From a virus, in IMG/VR virus record IMGVR_UViG_3300023296_000994: a stretch of DNA of 64,000 nucleotides; one strand, 5' to 3'. Position numbers and translations under genes: made by a program. Below the pieces are notes generated by a model. That model worked only from the letters and a program-made list of their open reading frames with translations. It had not been told where the DNA came from and did not search any database. Below, in pieces: positions 1-9,426 of this stretch. The number at the start of each line of letters is the position of its first letter. Position 1 is the stretch's first letter.

Positions 1-594
1 TGCTGTTGAAAAAATAAAACGTTTTGGGTCGCCCCAGAAGGCGCCTTCTGCATAATTTATAGCTTCAATAATTTTATTCATTTGGCCGATGAAATCAGTC
101 CAAATAATAAATTCATATGTTAAAGTTACATAATCAGGAACAACAACTCTATGTAATTCCCTTACTGGAATTCTACCAATTAACCTATCTATGTCATCAT
201 ACTTATTAACCGGTGAACGTTGGTTTGTTATGTACTGATGAATTTGAGGATTATTTGCATCTACATTACGTGATAAACTTCTATCCTTTTCAATGGATGT
301 GCGCTTATACATGATAAGAGGTACTTGTGTCTTTCCTTCTTTATCTCTATAGAATGTAGTTTTTTGTACTGATTTCCATCTTTCTGGGCTGCCATAGATA
401 ACAGGCACCATTGATGATTCGTTATTACTATCAACTACATGTGGCTTTATATGATTATCTATATAATACTTCACGGCTTCATCATGCTCGTAAAGTCCTA
501 CGGTAATATTTGCAACGTCATCATTTCTTCTAATAACATTGGCTCTATTTACCGTTTCTTGTTTAGACTTGTTTGCAGTTGGTTTCTTTGCCAT
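1..594 (-). CDS. T4 gp15-like tail terminator/sheath stabiliser, truncated by window edge
   Basis: Not in the ORF track. ATG at 594 overlaps the upstream stop (TAATG); reads MAKKPTANK...MVPVIYGSPERWK...VPDYVTLTYEFIIWT and stays open to position 1; lies after neck genes. Confidence 0.6.
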   Translation of the reverse strand, partial: MAKKPTANKSKQETVNRANVIRRNDDVANITVGLYEHDEAVKYYIDNHIKPHVVDSNNESSMVPVIYGSPERWKSVQKTTFYRDKEGKTQVPLIMYKRTSIEKDRSLSRNVDANNPQIHQYITNQRSPVNKYDDIDRLIGRIPVRELHRVVVPDYVTLTYEFIIWTDFIGQMNKIIEAINYAEGAFWGDPKRFIFSTA

Positions 595-1112
595 TAGCTG
601 TAATATAGATTATCTGGATTTCCAGTGTTTGTTCTTTCAATTGAAAGATTTGAACGTCTTGTTAAATGAGCACTACATATGATTGAATGATTGCCACCAA
701 ATGTACCACCAACATGATCAGTATCAGGATTCTTTCCTACCACAAATTGATTTTCAATAATCCCACCTACTTCCCAGAAATTTTCATTCCATTTTATAAT
801 ATCACCTATTTCCATAACAATGTCCGCGTCATCTTTTAACGTGTCACGTAAAAATGCAAATGTCATGGATTGGTTTACATCTGACCCGAAGTCATCTGAA
901 TTCCATTGTTGATCATCTCTACCAATTAAACATGGTATTCTAACAGGCTGCTTATATACTTTATTTATAGCTTCATCATATAGACTTTCTTGTACATCTG
1001 TGATGGATAGCTTAAATACATCTACAGTAACATCGATGATGTTATTGATAAGTTCTTTATTTAAATGTCTGAAAAGAGAGATATCCCTTTCGCCACCATA
1101 CATTGCACACAT
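594..1112 (-). CDS. neck/head-closure protein (gp14-like)
   Basis: ESLYDEA..KVY and EIGDIIKW..NFWEV pattern; synteny between gp13-like and gp15-like genes. Confidence 0.55.
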   Translation of the reverse strand: MCAMYGGERDISLFRHLNKELINNIIDVTVDVFKLSITDVQESLYDEAINKVYKQPVRIPCLIGRDDQQWNSDDFGSDVNQSMTFAFLRDTLKDDADIVMEIGDIIKWNENFWEVGGIIENQFVVGKNPDTDHVGGTFGGNHSIICSAHLTRRSNLSIERTNTGNPDNLYYS

Positions 1113-1119
1113 TATAATT

Positions 1120-2277
1120 TTATCCTAAGTATATACCAAGTGGAATTCGACCTAAAGTATCTTGTTGAAATTCAGATATATCTTTTTGCTGTTCCATTGT
1201 ATTTCTACTTGAAGCAGCTTCTAAATCTTCTCTCAATTGAGCTACAAGATTTTCCTTTTCAGTTGCGCCTTCTGTACGAAGTGTATCACCGTCAAGCGTT
1301 ACATCAGCCCCTGGAATAGGAATAGAACTATACTTACTTCTTATGTTACCTAATAATTCTTTAACTAACGCAACTGTATACTTACGTATCCATTGTTTTC
1401 CAGGGTCATTTATTTGAGAGTATACCATGTTATCATATGGCACATTCGAATAGTCTGATATTTCACCTTGACCGCCTGTTGGTCCGAATGGATTTGACCG
1501 GTCACTGTTAACTATATAATGGAACCAAAGATCGTAATTTGATGTACTTGTTGGTCGCGGGAATATAGTTACTTGATTATTTTTTATATTGAAACTAAAA
1601 GCAGATCGTCTAATTGTATCATTAAATTCAATAGACTGCATTCTTAGTAAGTCATCATACATCGGCATCATTAAATAATTAACTGCGGGACTAAATTGCC
1701 CCCAACCGAATCCCGATAGCATTTGAGATGTTCCTTGGCCGGAGCCCATATATGGGTCAAAGAATCGTGTTATAGCAGGCGATGCTTCATGAAACACACG
1801 TTTAACTTCTATTCTATTTCCACTTTCCGATACATCGGCCCAAAGTGCCTGTAGGTCATAGGTCTGTTTACCACCCACCACGTTGATTGAGCCGCTCTTA
1901 TACGTGACATCTCCCCCAGAACCACCTTCACTACCATAAGTTTTACTAATGTCTATAATACGTGACAGGTTAGGTGTTATGTTTCTATGAGTTAGATTGG
2001 AACCGGTTGATGCACCCTTTAAATTCAATAGGTTTTCACGTATATTAAATTGATTGACTTGAGCACCATATTCATTTACAGCTTCCTCGAAGACAGCATA
2101 AAATGAACACGCCTGTAATTCAATATCTACTATAGGATATCCAAGACGTTTTGCAGCCCAAACGGCCACGGCTTCGGCATCACATTGAAACGTAGTGTCA
2201 CTATCATATAATCCAAACGGAGTATCTCCTGGATAAAATGATGAACTACCTGGCCAAATTGGAATTGATACACTCAC
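1120..2277 (-). CDS. neck protein (gp13-like)
   Basis: RLGYPIVDIEL, WIRKYTVALVKELLG, RSKYSSIPIPGADVTLDG motifs typical of gp13-type neck proteins. Confidence 0.75.
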   Translation of the reverse strand: MSVSIPIWPGSSSFYPGDTPFGLYDSDTTFQCDAEAVAVWAAKRLGYPIVDIELQACSFYAVFEEAVNEYGAQVNQFNIRENLLNLKGASTGSNLTHRNITPNLSRIIDISKTYGSEGGSGGDVTYKSGSINVVGGKQTYDLQALWADVSESGNRIEVKRVFHEASPAITRFFDPYMGSGQGTSQMLSGFGWGQFSPAVNYLMMPMYDDLLRMQSIEFNDTIRRSAFSFNIKNNQVTIFPRPTSTSNYDLWFHYIVNSDRSNPFGPTGGQGEISDYSNVPYDNMVYSQINDPGKQWIRKYTVALVKELLGNIRSKYSSIPIPGADVTLDGDTLRTEGATEKENLVAQLREDLEAASSRNTMEQQKDISEFQQDTLGRIPLGIYLG

Positions 2278-2504
2278 TTACTTAGTTCCTTATTAATTTT
2301 TTTGAGAATTGAATTTATTTGTTTAATCGATTTTCCGCGTTTCACCGGAATAATGGTATTCGATGTTATATTTTTTTGTGCATTAAGATAGGATGATGCA
2401 TTTCTTTTTTTAATAATACTGGACCTATCATTTACACGGAGCCAATGACCCCGACACCAGGTACTATTTGTAGTACCACCACAACCACATTTACAAACAT
2501 TCAT
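2274..2504 (-). CDS. small CxCGCG zinc-motif protein, possible homing endonuclease remnant
   Basis: MNVCKCGCGG..WCRGH N-terminus with no nuclease domain after it. Confidence 0.4.
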   Translation of the reverse strand: MNVCKCGCGGTTNSTWCRGHWLRVNDRSSIIKKRNASSYLNAQKNITSNTIIPVKRGKSIKQINSILKKINKELSK

Positions 2505-2902
2505 TAATACGTTACCTCTTTGGATAGTTTTATTTTTCCTTCTAATATTCTGGATACATATTCACAATTACCAGACCCACTATATATTTCTATATCATAG
2601 TATGCTCTATCGAACGTGAATTGACTGGATGAATACGCCGATATATATACACCTATACTACCAGATGTTTTAGGTAATGTTGCTGATGCTGATGTAGGGG
2701 TTAAATTTAATCCCGTACCACATGTAGTTAAAGAAGATGATAAACTTGCGTACAAGTTCGAACCTTTCTTAGAATCTCTGATTTGCATCCTAGCTTCATA
2801 GTCAGTAAGGTCAATAGCGGACCCTGTTGAATCTTTGTAATCGATTCTAAAGTCTACTGTAGTACCTTGTTCTATTATGAATGTATAGTTTCCTGCTGCC
2901 AT
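2504..2902 (-). CDS. virion structural protein (beta-sandwich, BppU-N-like)
   Basis: IEQGTT..DLTDYEARMQIR..YYDIEI..RILEG pattern; has its own late promoter. Confidence 0.55.
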   Translation of the reverse strand: MAAGNYTFIIEQGTTVDFRIDYKDSTGSAIDLTDYEARMQIRDSKKGSNLYASLSSSLTTCGTGLNLTPTSASATLPKTSGSIGVYISAYSSSQFTFDRAYYDIEIYSGSGNCEYVSRILEGKIKLSKEVTY

Positions 2903-2936
2903 ATTATTTCCCTATTATAAATATCAAATTAGGTAC

Positions 2937-2967
2937 AAAAAAAGGAGAACCGAAGTTCTCCCTTTTT
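2937..2967 (-). terminator. rho-independent terminator after major capsid gene
   Basis: Minus strand GGAGAAC-TTCG-GTTCTCC followed by a T run. Confidence 0.9.
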
Positions 2968-2993
2968 ATTTTCATATTTTAATCGGGTTAGGA

Positions 2994-4652
2994 TTAAACA
3001 GTATCTAAGCCACCGATATATATTTTCCCAAAAAATTCCGGACGGACTACCTTTTTCGCGTAACGTGTCATAACCCCTTTACGTGGTGTAAAGTTAGTTG
3101 GGTCATATACAAGAGGAGTCATAATCAATGGAATATATGGAGCATAAACTGCACCTGTTTCCAAGAATTGTGCACCACGGAATCCCATTAATAGAACATT
3201 GTCTAAGAAATATGGATTCTTGTATACAGTGAATCTATTGGCCAACGAACCAACCTTAGTAACACCCATTGCGTATGTTGTAGCTGTACCATCTGTAGTA
3301 GCTGCATATCCAGGAATAGATTCCAAGATAGTTGATACTTCAGGTGAAACTACAATAAAGTTAGCGTTTCCTCTCATGGTAGACTGGTAAATCTTGTTAC
3401 TAATCTTCTGTACTTTAGTACCAAGAGTTTGATACCATGTTTGTTGTGTGTAAGCCGCTGCTGCCCCAACCGAAGTTGCTGCTGCCGATGCGCCTGTACC
3501 ACTTAGAGTGAAACCTAAATCTGCTGACCATTGGTCGATGTGCAATGCTGCTTGTTCAATCATTGACAAGATTTCCAAGTCAATTTCCATAGCAACATAT
3601 TCTGAAAGCATTGAAGTTAATTCAGCTTCAGCATCGATACTGTGATAAGCGTTAAGGTCTTGAGCGAATTCTGGTGACCAAACAACTTTCAACTTACGTG
3701 TCTTAGCTATGATAGCTTCTTGACGTAGTTCAACGTTGATTTCTGGAATGTTTAAGTTCGTACCAGATGTTGGACCTTGAATTGGATCAGAATCTTCGAA
3801 ATCGCCACGTGAGTAAGCGTTACGAGTATCGTTGAAATAAGTAACAGTTACCGAACTTGCTTGAACAGCGGCACCGAGTGCTTGTGTAGTGAAGAACGAT
3901 GCAGACACAGCGTTAGCTTGGTTGTATGTTCTATTTCCACTTGCGTCAGTAACGAAGTTATAAGTAGGTAAGTTTGTTGAATCAACGATGATTGACCCAC
4001 TAACAACAACGAAGTGTTGTACAGCGTTCACATCTACATCGGTGCTAAGCGCACTTAGAGGAAGTGAAATCTTAGCGATAAGTCCACCGGCTACTGATGC
4101 TGACAATGCAGCGTCAAACCCAACTTCATCCCATGATGCAGATGCAGCGGTAGTAACGGTTACAGCACTAGCGGTTACAGCCTTAAGCGAATAACCACCT
4201 TTACCTTTTCCATACAAACCACCTGAAGGCGTTGATGATGCACTGGTGTTACCCATGATATCAGCACCTTGTGTGAATCTACTACCGTCTTGTGTAGTAC
4301 CGTATTTGAAATCCAAATAGAAAATTAGACCTGAAGGCAAGTTCATCGGTTGAACCGAAACGAATTCTTTAGCACTAATTTGGCCGAAAATACGTCTAAC
4401 AAGCGGAAGGGCTACACCATTCCAATCTTCTTTAGAGTTACTTTCACCTGCATTAGTAGTAGATGCTTCATACATCAACTGACGGGCCTGGTTTTCTAAT
4501 AGAATAGCGGTATTATGCTTTTCATATTCAGCATCGATACCTTCCAATAGACCCGATTGAGCCCATTTGTCAACGTATGCACGTGTTTGTTCACGTTGAG
4601 CGCGAAACGTTTTGTTTGAGTCTTGTAAGAGCTCTGAAATATTCTTATTCAT
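2994..4652 (-). CDS. gp23: major capsid protein (T4 gp23 family)
   Basis: AILLENQ, LPLVRR, VSVQPMNLPSGLIFYLDF, TRKLK..WSPEFAQDL.AYHSIDAEAEL, YAPYIPL, P.KGVMTRYA. Confidence 0.97.
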   Translation of the reverse strand: MNKNISELLQDSNKTFRAQREQTRAYVDKWAQSGLLEGIDAEYEKHNTAILLENQARQLMYEASTTNAGESNSKEDWNGVALPLVRRIFGQISAKEFVSVQPMNLPSGLIFYLDFKYGTTQDGSRFTQGADIMGNTSASSTPSGGLYGKGKGGYSLKAVTASAVTVTTAASASWDEVGFDAALSASVAGGLIAKISLPLSALSTDVDVNAVQHFVVVSGSIIVDSTNLPTYNFVTDASGNRTYNQANAVSASFFTTQALGAAVQASSVTVTYFNDTRNAYSRGDFEDSDPIQGPTSGTNLNIPEINVELRQEAIIAKTRKLKVVWSPEFAQDLNAYHSIDAEAELTSMLSEYVAMEIDLEILSMIEQAALHIDQWSADLGFTLSGTGASAAATSVGAAAAYTQQTWYQTLGTKVQKISNKIYQSTMRGNANFIVVSPEVSTILESIPGYAATTDGTATTYAMGVTKVGSLANRFTVYKNPYFLDNVLLMGFRGAQFLETGAVYAPYIPLIMTPLVYDPTNFTPRKGVMTRYAKKVVRPEFFGKIYIGGLDTV

Positions 4653-4673
4653 TATGAATAATTCTCCTGTTTT

Positions 4674-5510
4674 TTAGATTAGACCTGCAAGCTTTTTCAT
4701 GCGGTCTGAAAAATCGTTACTTTCTGTAATGATTTCTTTTGGTTTTGTTGAGGCAATCGGCTTAGACGCGAGGCCTTCAGCGATTTTAACTTTCTTTGAT
4801 GGTGCTTTGGACATCGATTGAGATAGTGTTTTGTACACCAACTTAATTTCTTTAAGTGTATCAGCGTCATCAAAGTTTTCGATTATTCTCATCTTTTGAC
4901 TTTCATCAAGATTATGTAATCTAAACAACTTATTAGAGAACAATAATTTAGCATTTAGAATGTTTACTTCGTTAAGTGTATCTTTCAATGTTCTGATTGT
5001 GTCGTATGCTTCTTGCAAGTCAGTTTCCATCGTCGCAGTTTCATTACTTTCATCTACAGAATCATCTTCGGCCAATTCGCGAAGGATTTCATCTAAATCC
5101 AATTCATCGTCTTCGTCATCGCTTTCTTCATCAGCATCATCTTCAACGTCAGATTCATGTACTGTGGCTACATCTTCAGCTTCTTCAAGCTCACGGATAA
5201 TAGATTCAAGTTCTAAATCAGAATCGTCATCGTCTTCTGCTGGCTTTGAATCTTCCTTTTCATCATCTTCGTCATCAGATTCATTTACTTCGGTAACATC
5301 TTCTGCTACTTCTGTAGTTTCATCTAATTCAAGATCATCATCTTCTAAATCTTCTACATCATCATCATCCATTTCGTTCAAATGTGCTGAAATCATGTCT
5401 TTGATTTTTGGTGAAAAAGTTTCTTCTAATACTAATTTTGCGTTTGCGATTGCAGTTTCTCTAACAGCTTTAGCGTCAGCAATTGCTTCTTTTAAAAGGT
5501 CTTTTGACAT
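4674..5510 (-). CDS. prohead core/scaffold protein (gp22-like)
   Basis: Highly acidic, many I/L-x-E sites, ends RMKKLAGLI; directly upstream of the capsid gene. Confidence 0.8.
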   Translation of the reverse strand: MSKDLLKEAIADAKAVRETAIANAKLVLEETFSPKIKDMISAHLNEMDDDDVEDLEDDDLELDETTEVAEDVTEVNESDDEDDEKEDSKPAEDDDDSDLELESIIRELEEAEDVATVHESDVEDDADEESDDEDDELDLDEILRELAEDDSVDESNETATMETDLQEAYDTIRTLKDTLNEVNILNAKLLFSNKLFRLHNLDESQKMRIIENFDDADTLKEIKLVYKTLSQSMSKAPSKKVKIAEGLASKPIASTKPKEIITESNDFSDRMKKLAGLI

Positions 5511-5647
5511 TTTAAATTCTCCTTAATTTAATTTGGAAATATAGCTATTGAGAGCTACAATGGGATAAAAACTGCGATTGATATTATATAAAAAAATAAT
5601 ATATTTTACGCAGTGTACATATAAGTATACAGTATTTCTACAAACCC

Positions 5648-5932
5648 TTAATCATTGGCAAGTAATACAATATACGAATCAGACCAGCAAGTAGACTTTT
5701 TTCTGTCTAATTTAATGCGGTCAGCGTCACATTTCTGATAGAATACTGCTCTATTGTTTCGTTCCCTTTTAGATGCAGATTTCTTTTCATAGTATGACTT
5801 CTTTTTTAATTTTGTAAATATGTCGCTTTCTTTTGAATTGCGCTTCCATATTTTTAATGCGGTATCTAATCCGCCGGTTGGTACACCAACTGAGTTGGAA
5901 TTACCATATGTGTTATAACTTTTGTATTTCAT
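5648..5932 (-). CDS. rpsU: phage-encoded ribosomal protein bS21 homolog
   Basis: LDTALKIWKRNSKESDIFTKLKKKSYYEKKSASKR matches the bS21 pattern (ALK.FKR...YEKPS..R); head-gene context as known for bS21 phages; likely start ATG 5932 rather than 6013. Confidence 0.75.
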   Translation of the reverse strand: MKYKSYNTYGNSNSVGVPTGGLDTALKIWKRNSKESDIFTKLKKKSYYEKKSASKRERNNRAVFYQKCDADRIKLDRKKSTCWSDSYIVLLAND

Positions 5933-5960
5933 ATTTTTATACTTTTTGTATTTTATTATT

Positions 5961-6965
5961 TTAAAATCCGACTGATATACTATCTTCTTTGCCGTCAACC
6001 CAACGTATACCAATACTAAGTAATGATTTTAAATCGCTGGATGCCAGGCGGCCACCTCTTATACCGGTATCGATGACTACAATATGTCCGTGAATACCAT
6101 CAAATAAATCAAAATCTTTATTGTTGTAAAATAGCTTTACTATTTTTTTAGCTTTTGTTTGTGCTTTTGCTGGTAATTCATTAAGAGATACTTGGGATGC
6201 TTCATTAAGTATATCCTTAAGAGTTGGTAATAATTTATCCATAGATTCAACGGTTATGTTCTTATCTTTTAAATGTTTCATTAGTTCTATCTTCGTATGT
6301 TTATTTCTAAGTTCCATGTAATCACCTTCGTAATCTACAAAATAAAGCTTTTGGGATGCTCTATCCCACCAAATATAATCATTACCAGGCATATACATTT
6401 TTGAAAATGACTTTTCTAGTTTGATTTTTTGCATTCCCTTTAAAAACTTCTTAGTATCTGATGTGGGAGTGGCTTCGATTAAATTGGCCAACAAAATATT
6501 ATTTGATTCCTTAATTGGCGTCCATACACCTTTATTTACATCAAAATCTACTTTTGGAAAAAATGTAGTTTTAGTTATTAGCTTTTTACCTCTTGGTTCT
6601 GTTTGCTTAACCTTATACCCTTTATTGGTAAAATCTAAAATTTCAGCAGAATAGCCATCCAAATGCTTATGCTTAAATTTATCACCTATATCTATTTCTG
6701 ATAAATTGGATTTTTTATTAATAGATTCTTTTAACTTAAACTTAGATATAAATTCACGCTCATATTCATTTCCTGGTTTACCAGACAACGCCGATGAAAA
6801 ATCCATTTTGGCCATAGCTCTTCCCTTTTTGTGAGGTCCGTTTACTATATAGCTAAATAGTGCTTCAGCATCCAGATTATTATCAACTATAAATTTATTA
6901 ACAGCTGTAACTCTAGTTGCAGTCATATCAGCTATGTGTTTCACAAATCTACTATTAGGTTTCAT
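5961..6965 (-). CDS. modular head/internal protein with repeated L/I-x-E sites
   Basis: Short domains separated by LKES, LSEI, IKES, LIEA, ILNEA. Confidence 0.45.
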   Translation of the reverse strand: MKPNSRFVKHIADMTATRVTAVNKFIVDNNLDAEALFSYIVNGPHKKGRAMAKMDFSSALSGKPGNEYEREFISKFKLKESINKKSNLSEIDIGDKFKHKHLDGYSAEILDFTNKGYKVKQTEPRGKKLITKTTFFPKVDFDVNKGVWTPIKESNNILLANLIEATPTSDTKKFLKGMQKIKLEKSFSKMYMPGNDYIWWDRASQKLYFVDYEGDYMELRNKHTKIELMKHLKDKNITVESMDKLLPTLKDILNEASQVSLNELPAKAQTKAKKIVKLFYNNKDFDLFDGIHGHIVVIDTGIRGGRLASSDLKSLLSIGIRWVDGKEDSISVGF

Positions 6966-7600
6966 TATTTAGTACTCGTTGGTATTGAACATTGGCAAGT
7001 TAATTCACATAATATGTCTGACACCAATGTATTTATTTTTAAATATCGATCAGTTGCGGAAGATACTACAGATTCAGATATACCATTTGGTGCCATAAAT
7101 GCACCATGAGTAGATGGATTACTTACGAAATCCCAACACACAAGGTCAAAATCATCTTTAACAGTTACCGTATCTTGTCGGCCAGTAGCTTCAACCGAAC
7201 CCATTCCTCTGGAACTAATACCAAGTGCTACTTGACTTTTCAATAGTTCTCTTAAAATATTTCCGGATGGAGTTGACAGTACTTCAACTTTACCTATAAC
7301 ATCATTACCTTCCCACCATATATTTCTAAATATATGGGATACGTTTTTTAGATTAACTACCGATGATTCCGGATGGTCAAGTTCACCGAGTGCACGATTT
7401 TCTTTTATTTCTCTACCAATATATTTGATAACTTCACGCTCTAATATTCGCTTAGGATATACCCTACCGTTTTGGTTAGGAGCTTCAGCACGTTGGATTA
7501 CGCCAGTTACTATAACCTTACCATTATTTTTTTGCTCTGACTCCAACACCATTGCGGGAGATATTTCAAAGGTAGTATAATCAATTAATAAAGTTTTCAT
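6965..7600 (-). CDS. gp21: prohead protease (T4 gp21 family)
   Basis: NQNGRVYP, ALGELDHP, VSH, GISSRGMGS, DFVSNPS; start 7600 preferred because it overlaps the upstream stop (ATGA). Confidence 0.95.
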   Translation of the reverse strand: MKTLLIDYTTFEISPAMVLESEQKNNGKVIVTGVIQRAEAPNQNGRVYPKRILEREVIKYIGREIKENRALGELDHPESSVVNLKNVSHIFRNIWWEGNDVIGKVEVLSTPSGNILRELLKSQVALGISSRGMGSVEATGRQDTVTVKDDFDLVCWDFVSNPSTHGAFMAPNGISESVVSSATDRYLKINTLVSDILCELTCQCSIPTSTK

Positions 7601-7734
7601 GGTGTTTTCCATACAGATCGTTTTACATATAAATCAAAAAAAACTTCCGCTACTTCCTTTCGTATTATAGCTTGGATTCTTTTTATATCCTTACTTGTCA
7701 GTTCTTCTACAATATGAGTTTTCTTTGACTTCAT
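7597..7734 (-). CDS. 45-aa small protein missed by the ORF track
   Basis: MKSKKTHIVEELTSKDIKRIQAIIRKEVAEVFFDLYVKRSVWKTP; fills the gap exactly, translationally coupled to the protease. Confidence 0.6.
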   Translation of the reverse strand: MKSKKTHIVEELTSKDIKRIQAIIRKEVAEVFFDLYVKRSVWKTP

Positions 7735-7735
7735 A

Positions 7736-8545
7736 TTAGAATTTTCTTAGTTTTTCACTTATTCTATACATCTTTTCAGATATCTTTTTCAAGTTAGATC
7801 TAGTTGGCTTCCAATATCCATCTTTACCCACACCATCTTCCTTTTTTAACTTTAGATTCTGGTTAATGGTATGTTCTATTTCAAATAATTTTAGATTTAT
7901 TTCTTTGATTGCAATATTAACTTTTTGCTTTGATGATGTTGATTCATCAGATTTATAATCTTTGTATCTGGCTTCATTAACTACTGATTCACTTTTGAAT
8001 GGATTAAACAATCCCCTCTTAATTATTTCTTTTTTAGTAGATGGCGCTGCTTTAGCTTTTGATTGGTGGTTAAATTTAATTGGATTAAATTTTTCCAATT
8101 CATCTACATTTACATTACCGTCTGCATCGGTTTTTACTTCACCTGATTTATCATCTGCAAGTCTTACAATACCAATTGTCTTAGTTCTTTTGTTATAAAC
8201 TAAATCATCAACGCTGAATACGCCAGCGTATTCTTTAATAATTGATTTAGAATCAATATCATATAGTTCGGCCATCATTCTTTTGTACATTGTCATTGGT
8301 GATGTTTCATCATCTTTTCTAAGAGCGGTTTTTTCTTTTAGTTTTTTCACCTGCTTATATCCGGCAGATTCTATATCTTTTTTCTTAGCCTTACCAAAGG
8401 CCTTTGGAGTATTATATGCTCCAGCGCCAGCGGTTGTACTGATTTCTTCTACTGAATCTTCATCTTCAATATCTTCAACGTCATCAATATCGTCTGCTTC
8501 TAACAACAATTTAAATTTAGCGTCTAATGTTTCACTTAATTTCAT
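7736..8545 (-). CDS. head-associated hypothetical protein
   Basis: LLLEA, VEEISTTAGAGAYNTPKAF, VVNEA; inside head operon. Confidence 0.5.
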   Translation of the reverse strand: MKLSETLDAKFKLLLEADDIDDVEDIEDEDSVEEISTTAGAGAYNTPKAFGKAKKKDIESAGYKQVKKLKEKTALRKDDETSPMTMYKRMMAELYDIDSKSIIKEYAGVFSVDDLVYNKRTKTIGIVRLADDKSGEVKTDADGNVNVDELEKFNPIKFNHQSKAKAAPSTKKEIIKRGLFNPFKSESVVNEARYKDYKSDESTSSKQKVNIAIKEINLKLFEIEHTINQNLKLKKEDGVGKDGYWKPTRSNLKKISEKMYRISEKLRKF

Positions 8546-9383
8546 TATTCAGTTCCCTTAGTAATTCATACGAACACATTACAGATAAGATGTGCTTATC
8601 CCTAACAACGTCATCGTCTTTAATATTGTTAAATTGGTTTTTGACTTCAGATAATTTTATTTTTAATATATTATCGTCAACTTTATTTATATAATAATTT
8701 AGCTTTTTATTTACGTCATTGACGCAGCTATTAATATATGTTTTAAGCTTAGTAGTATTGGTTACATTATTAATGTATTCTCTTAAAATCGACTTTTGAT
8801 TTTCATCTAAATCACCATACTTATCATTAAACTTACTTACAAGTATTTTGTATGTTAGGGCCCGTAGGTCTTTATCCTGCTTATTATATTCTTCTATTAC
8901 AGCATCTTGTACATTATCACTTGCAGGTTGGGTACCTGTTATGGTTTCTACTAACGAATATCGAACGTTTATTTTATCCACAGGCGATGAAAACGTATTT
9001 TCGAACAGACGGTATGTAGATGCATTTACTTTGTAATTAGGTATTTTGGTTTTAAAAAATACAATTTCATCAAAGCTATTTCGTATTTCTTTAATTAAAT
9101 TGTATTTTTGGCGTCGTAACGTACTTTTGTTTAATTTACCATATTGTTCCAATACCGCATCGATAAACCGATTGGCTTTTTCTTCTGTATTGAAAGTAGC
9201 TTTCTGTAGTGCTTGGTACAATAAGAGTTCTTTTCTGAGTATATTATCAGATTTAAAGAATTCTCTAACTATACGTATGGCCGGAGAATTATCTACGTTA
9301 TCAAGTGTGTCATTGGTAATTTGTCTTACCAATAACTCAAATAAAATACCAGTATTTTTGTATTTTTTATGCTTTGTATTCAT
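8532..9383 (-). CDS. head morphogenesis region helical protein
   Basis: 283 aa between portal and protease, late promoter upstream. Confidence 0.5.
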   Translation of the reverse strand: MNTKHKKYKNTGILFELLVRQITNDTLDNVDNSPAIRIVREFFKSDNILRKELLLYQALQKATFNTEEKANRFIDAVLEQYGKLNKSTLRRQKYNLIKEIRNSFDEIVFFKTKIPNYKVNASTYRLFENTFSSPVDKINVRYSLVETITGTQPASDNVQDAVIEEYNKQDKDLRALTYKILVSKFNDKYGDLDENQKSILREYINNVTNTTKLKTYINSCVNDVNKKLNYYINKVDDNILKIKLSEVKNQFNNIKDDDVVRDKHILSVMCSYELLRELNNEIK

Positions 9384-9426
9384 GAAGGTCTACCTTATGT
9401 AAGTATACTCTGATATAAATATAGTG

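Noticed and set aside
4960-5526. Plus-strand ORFs (this Ser-rich one, 31124..31690, 52515..52937 and others)
   Set aside because: Antisense shadows of minus-strand genes or tRNAs, with no motifs or promoters
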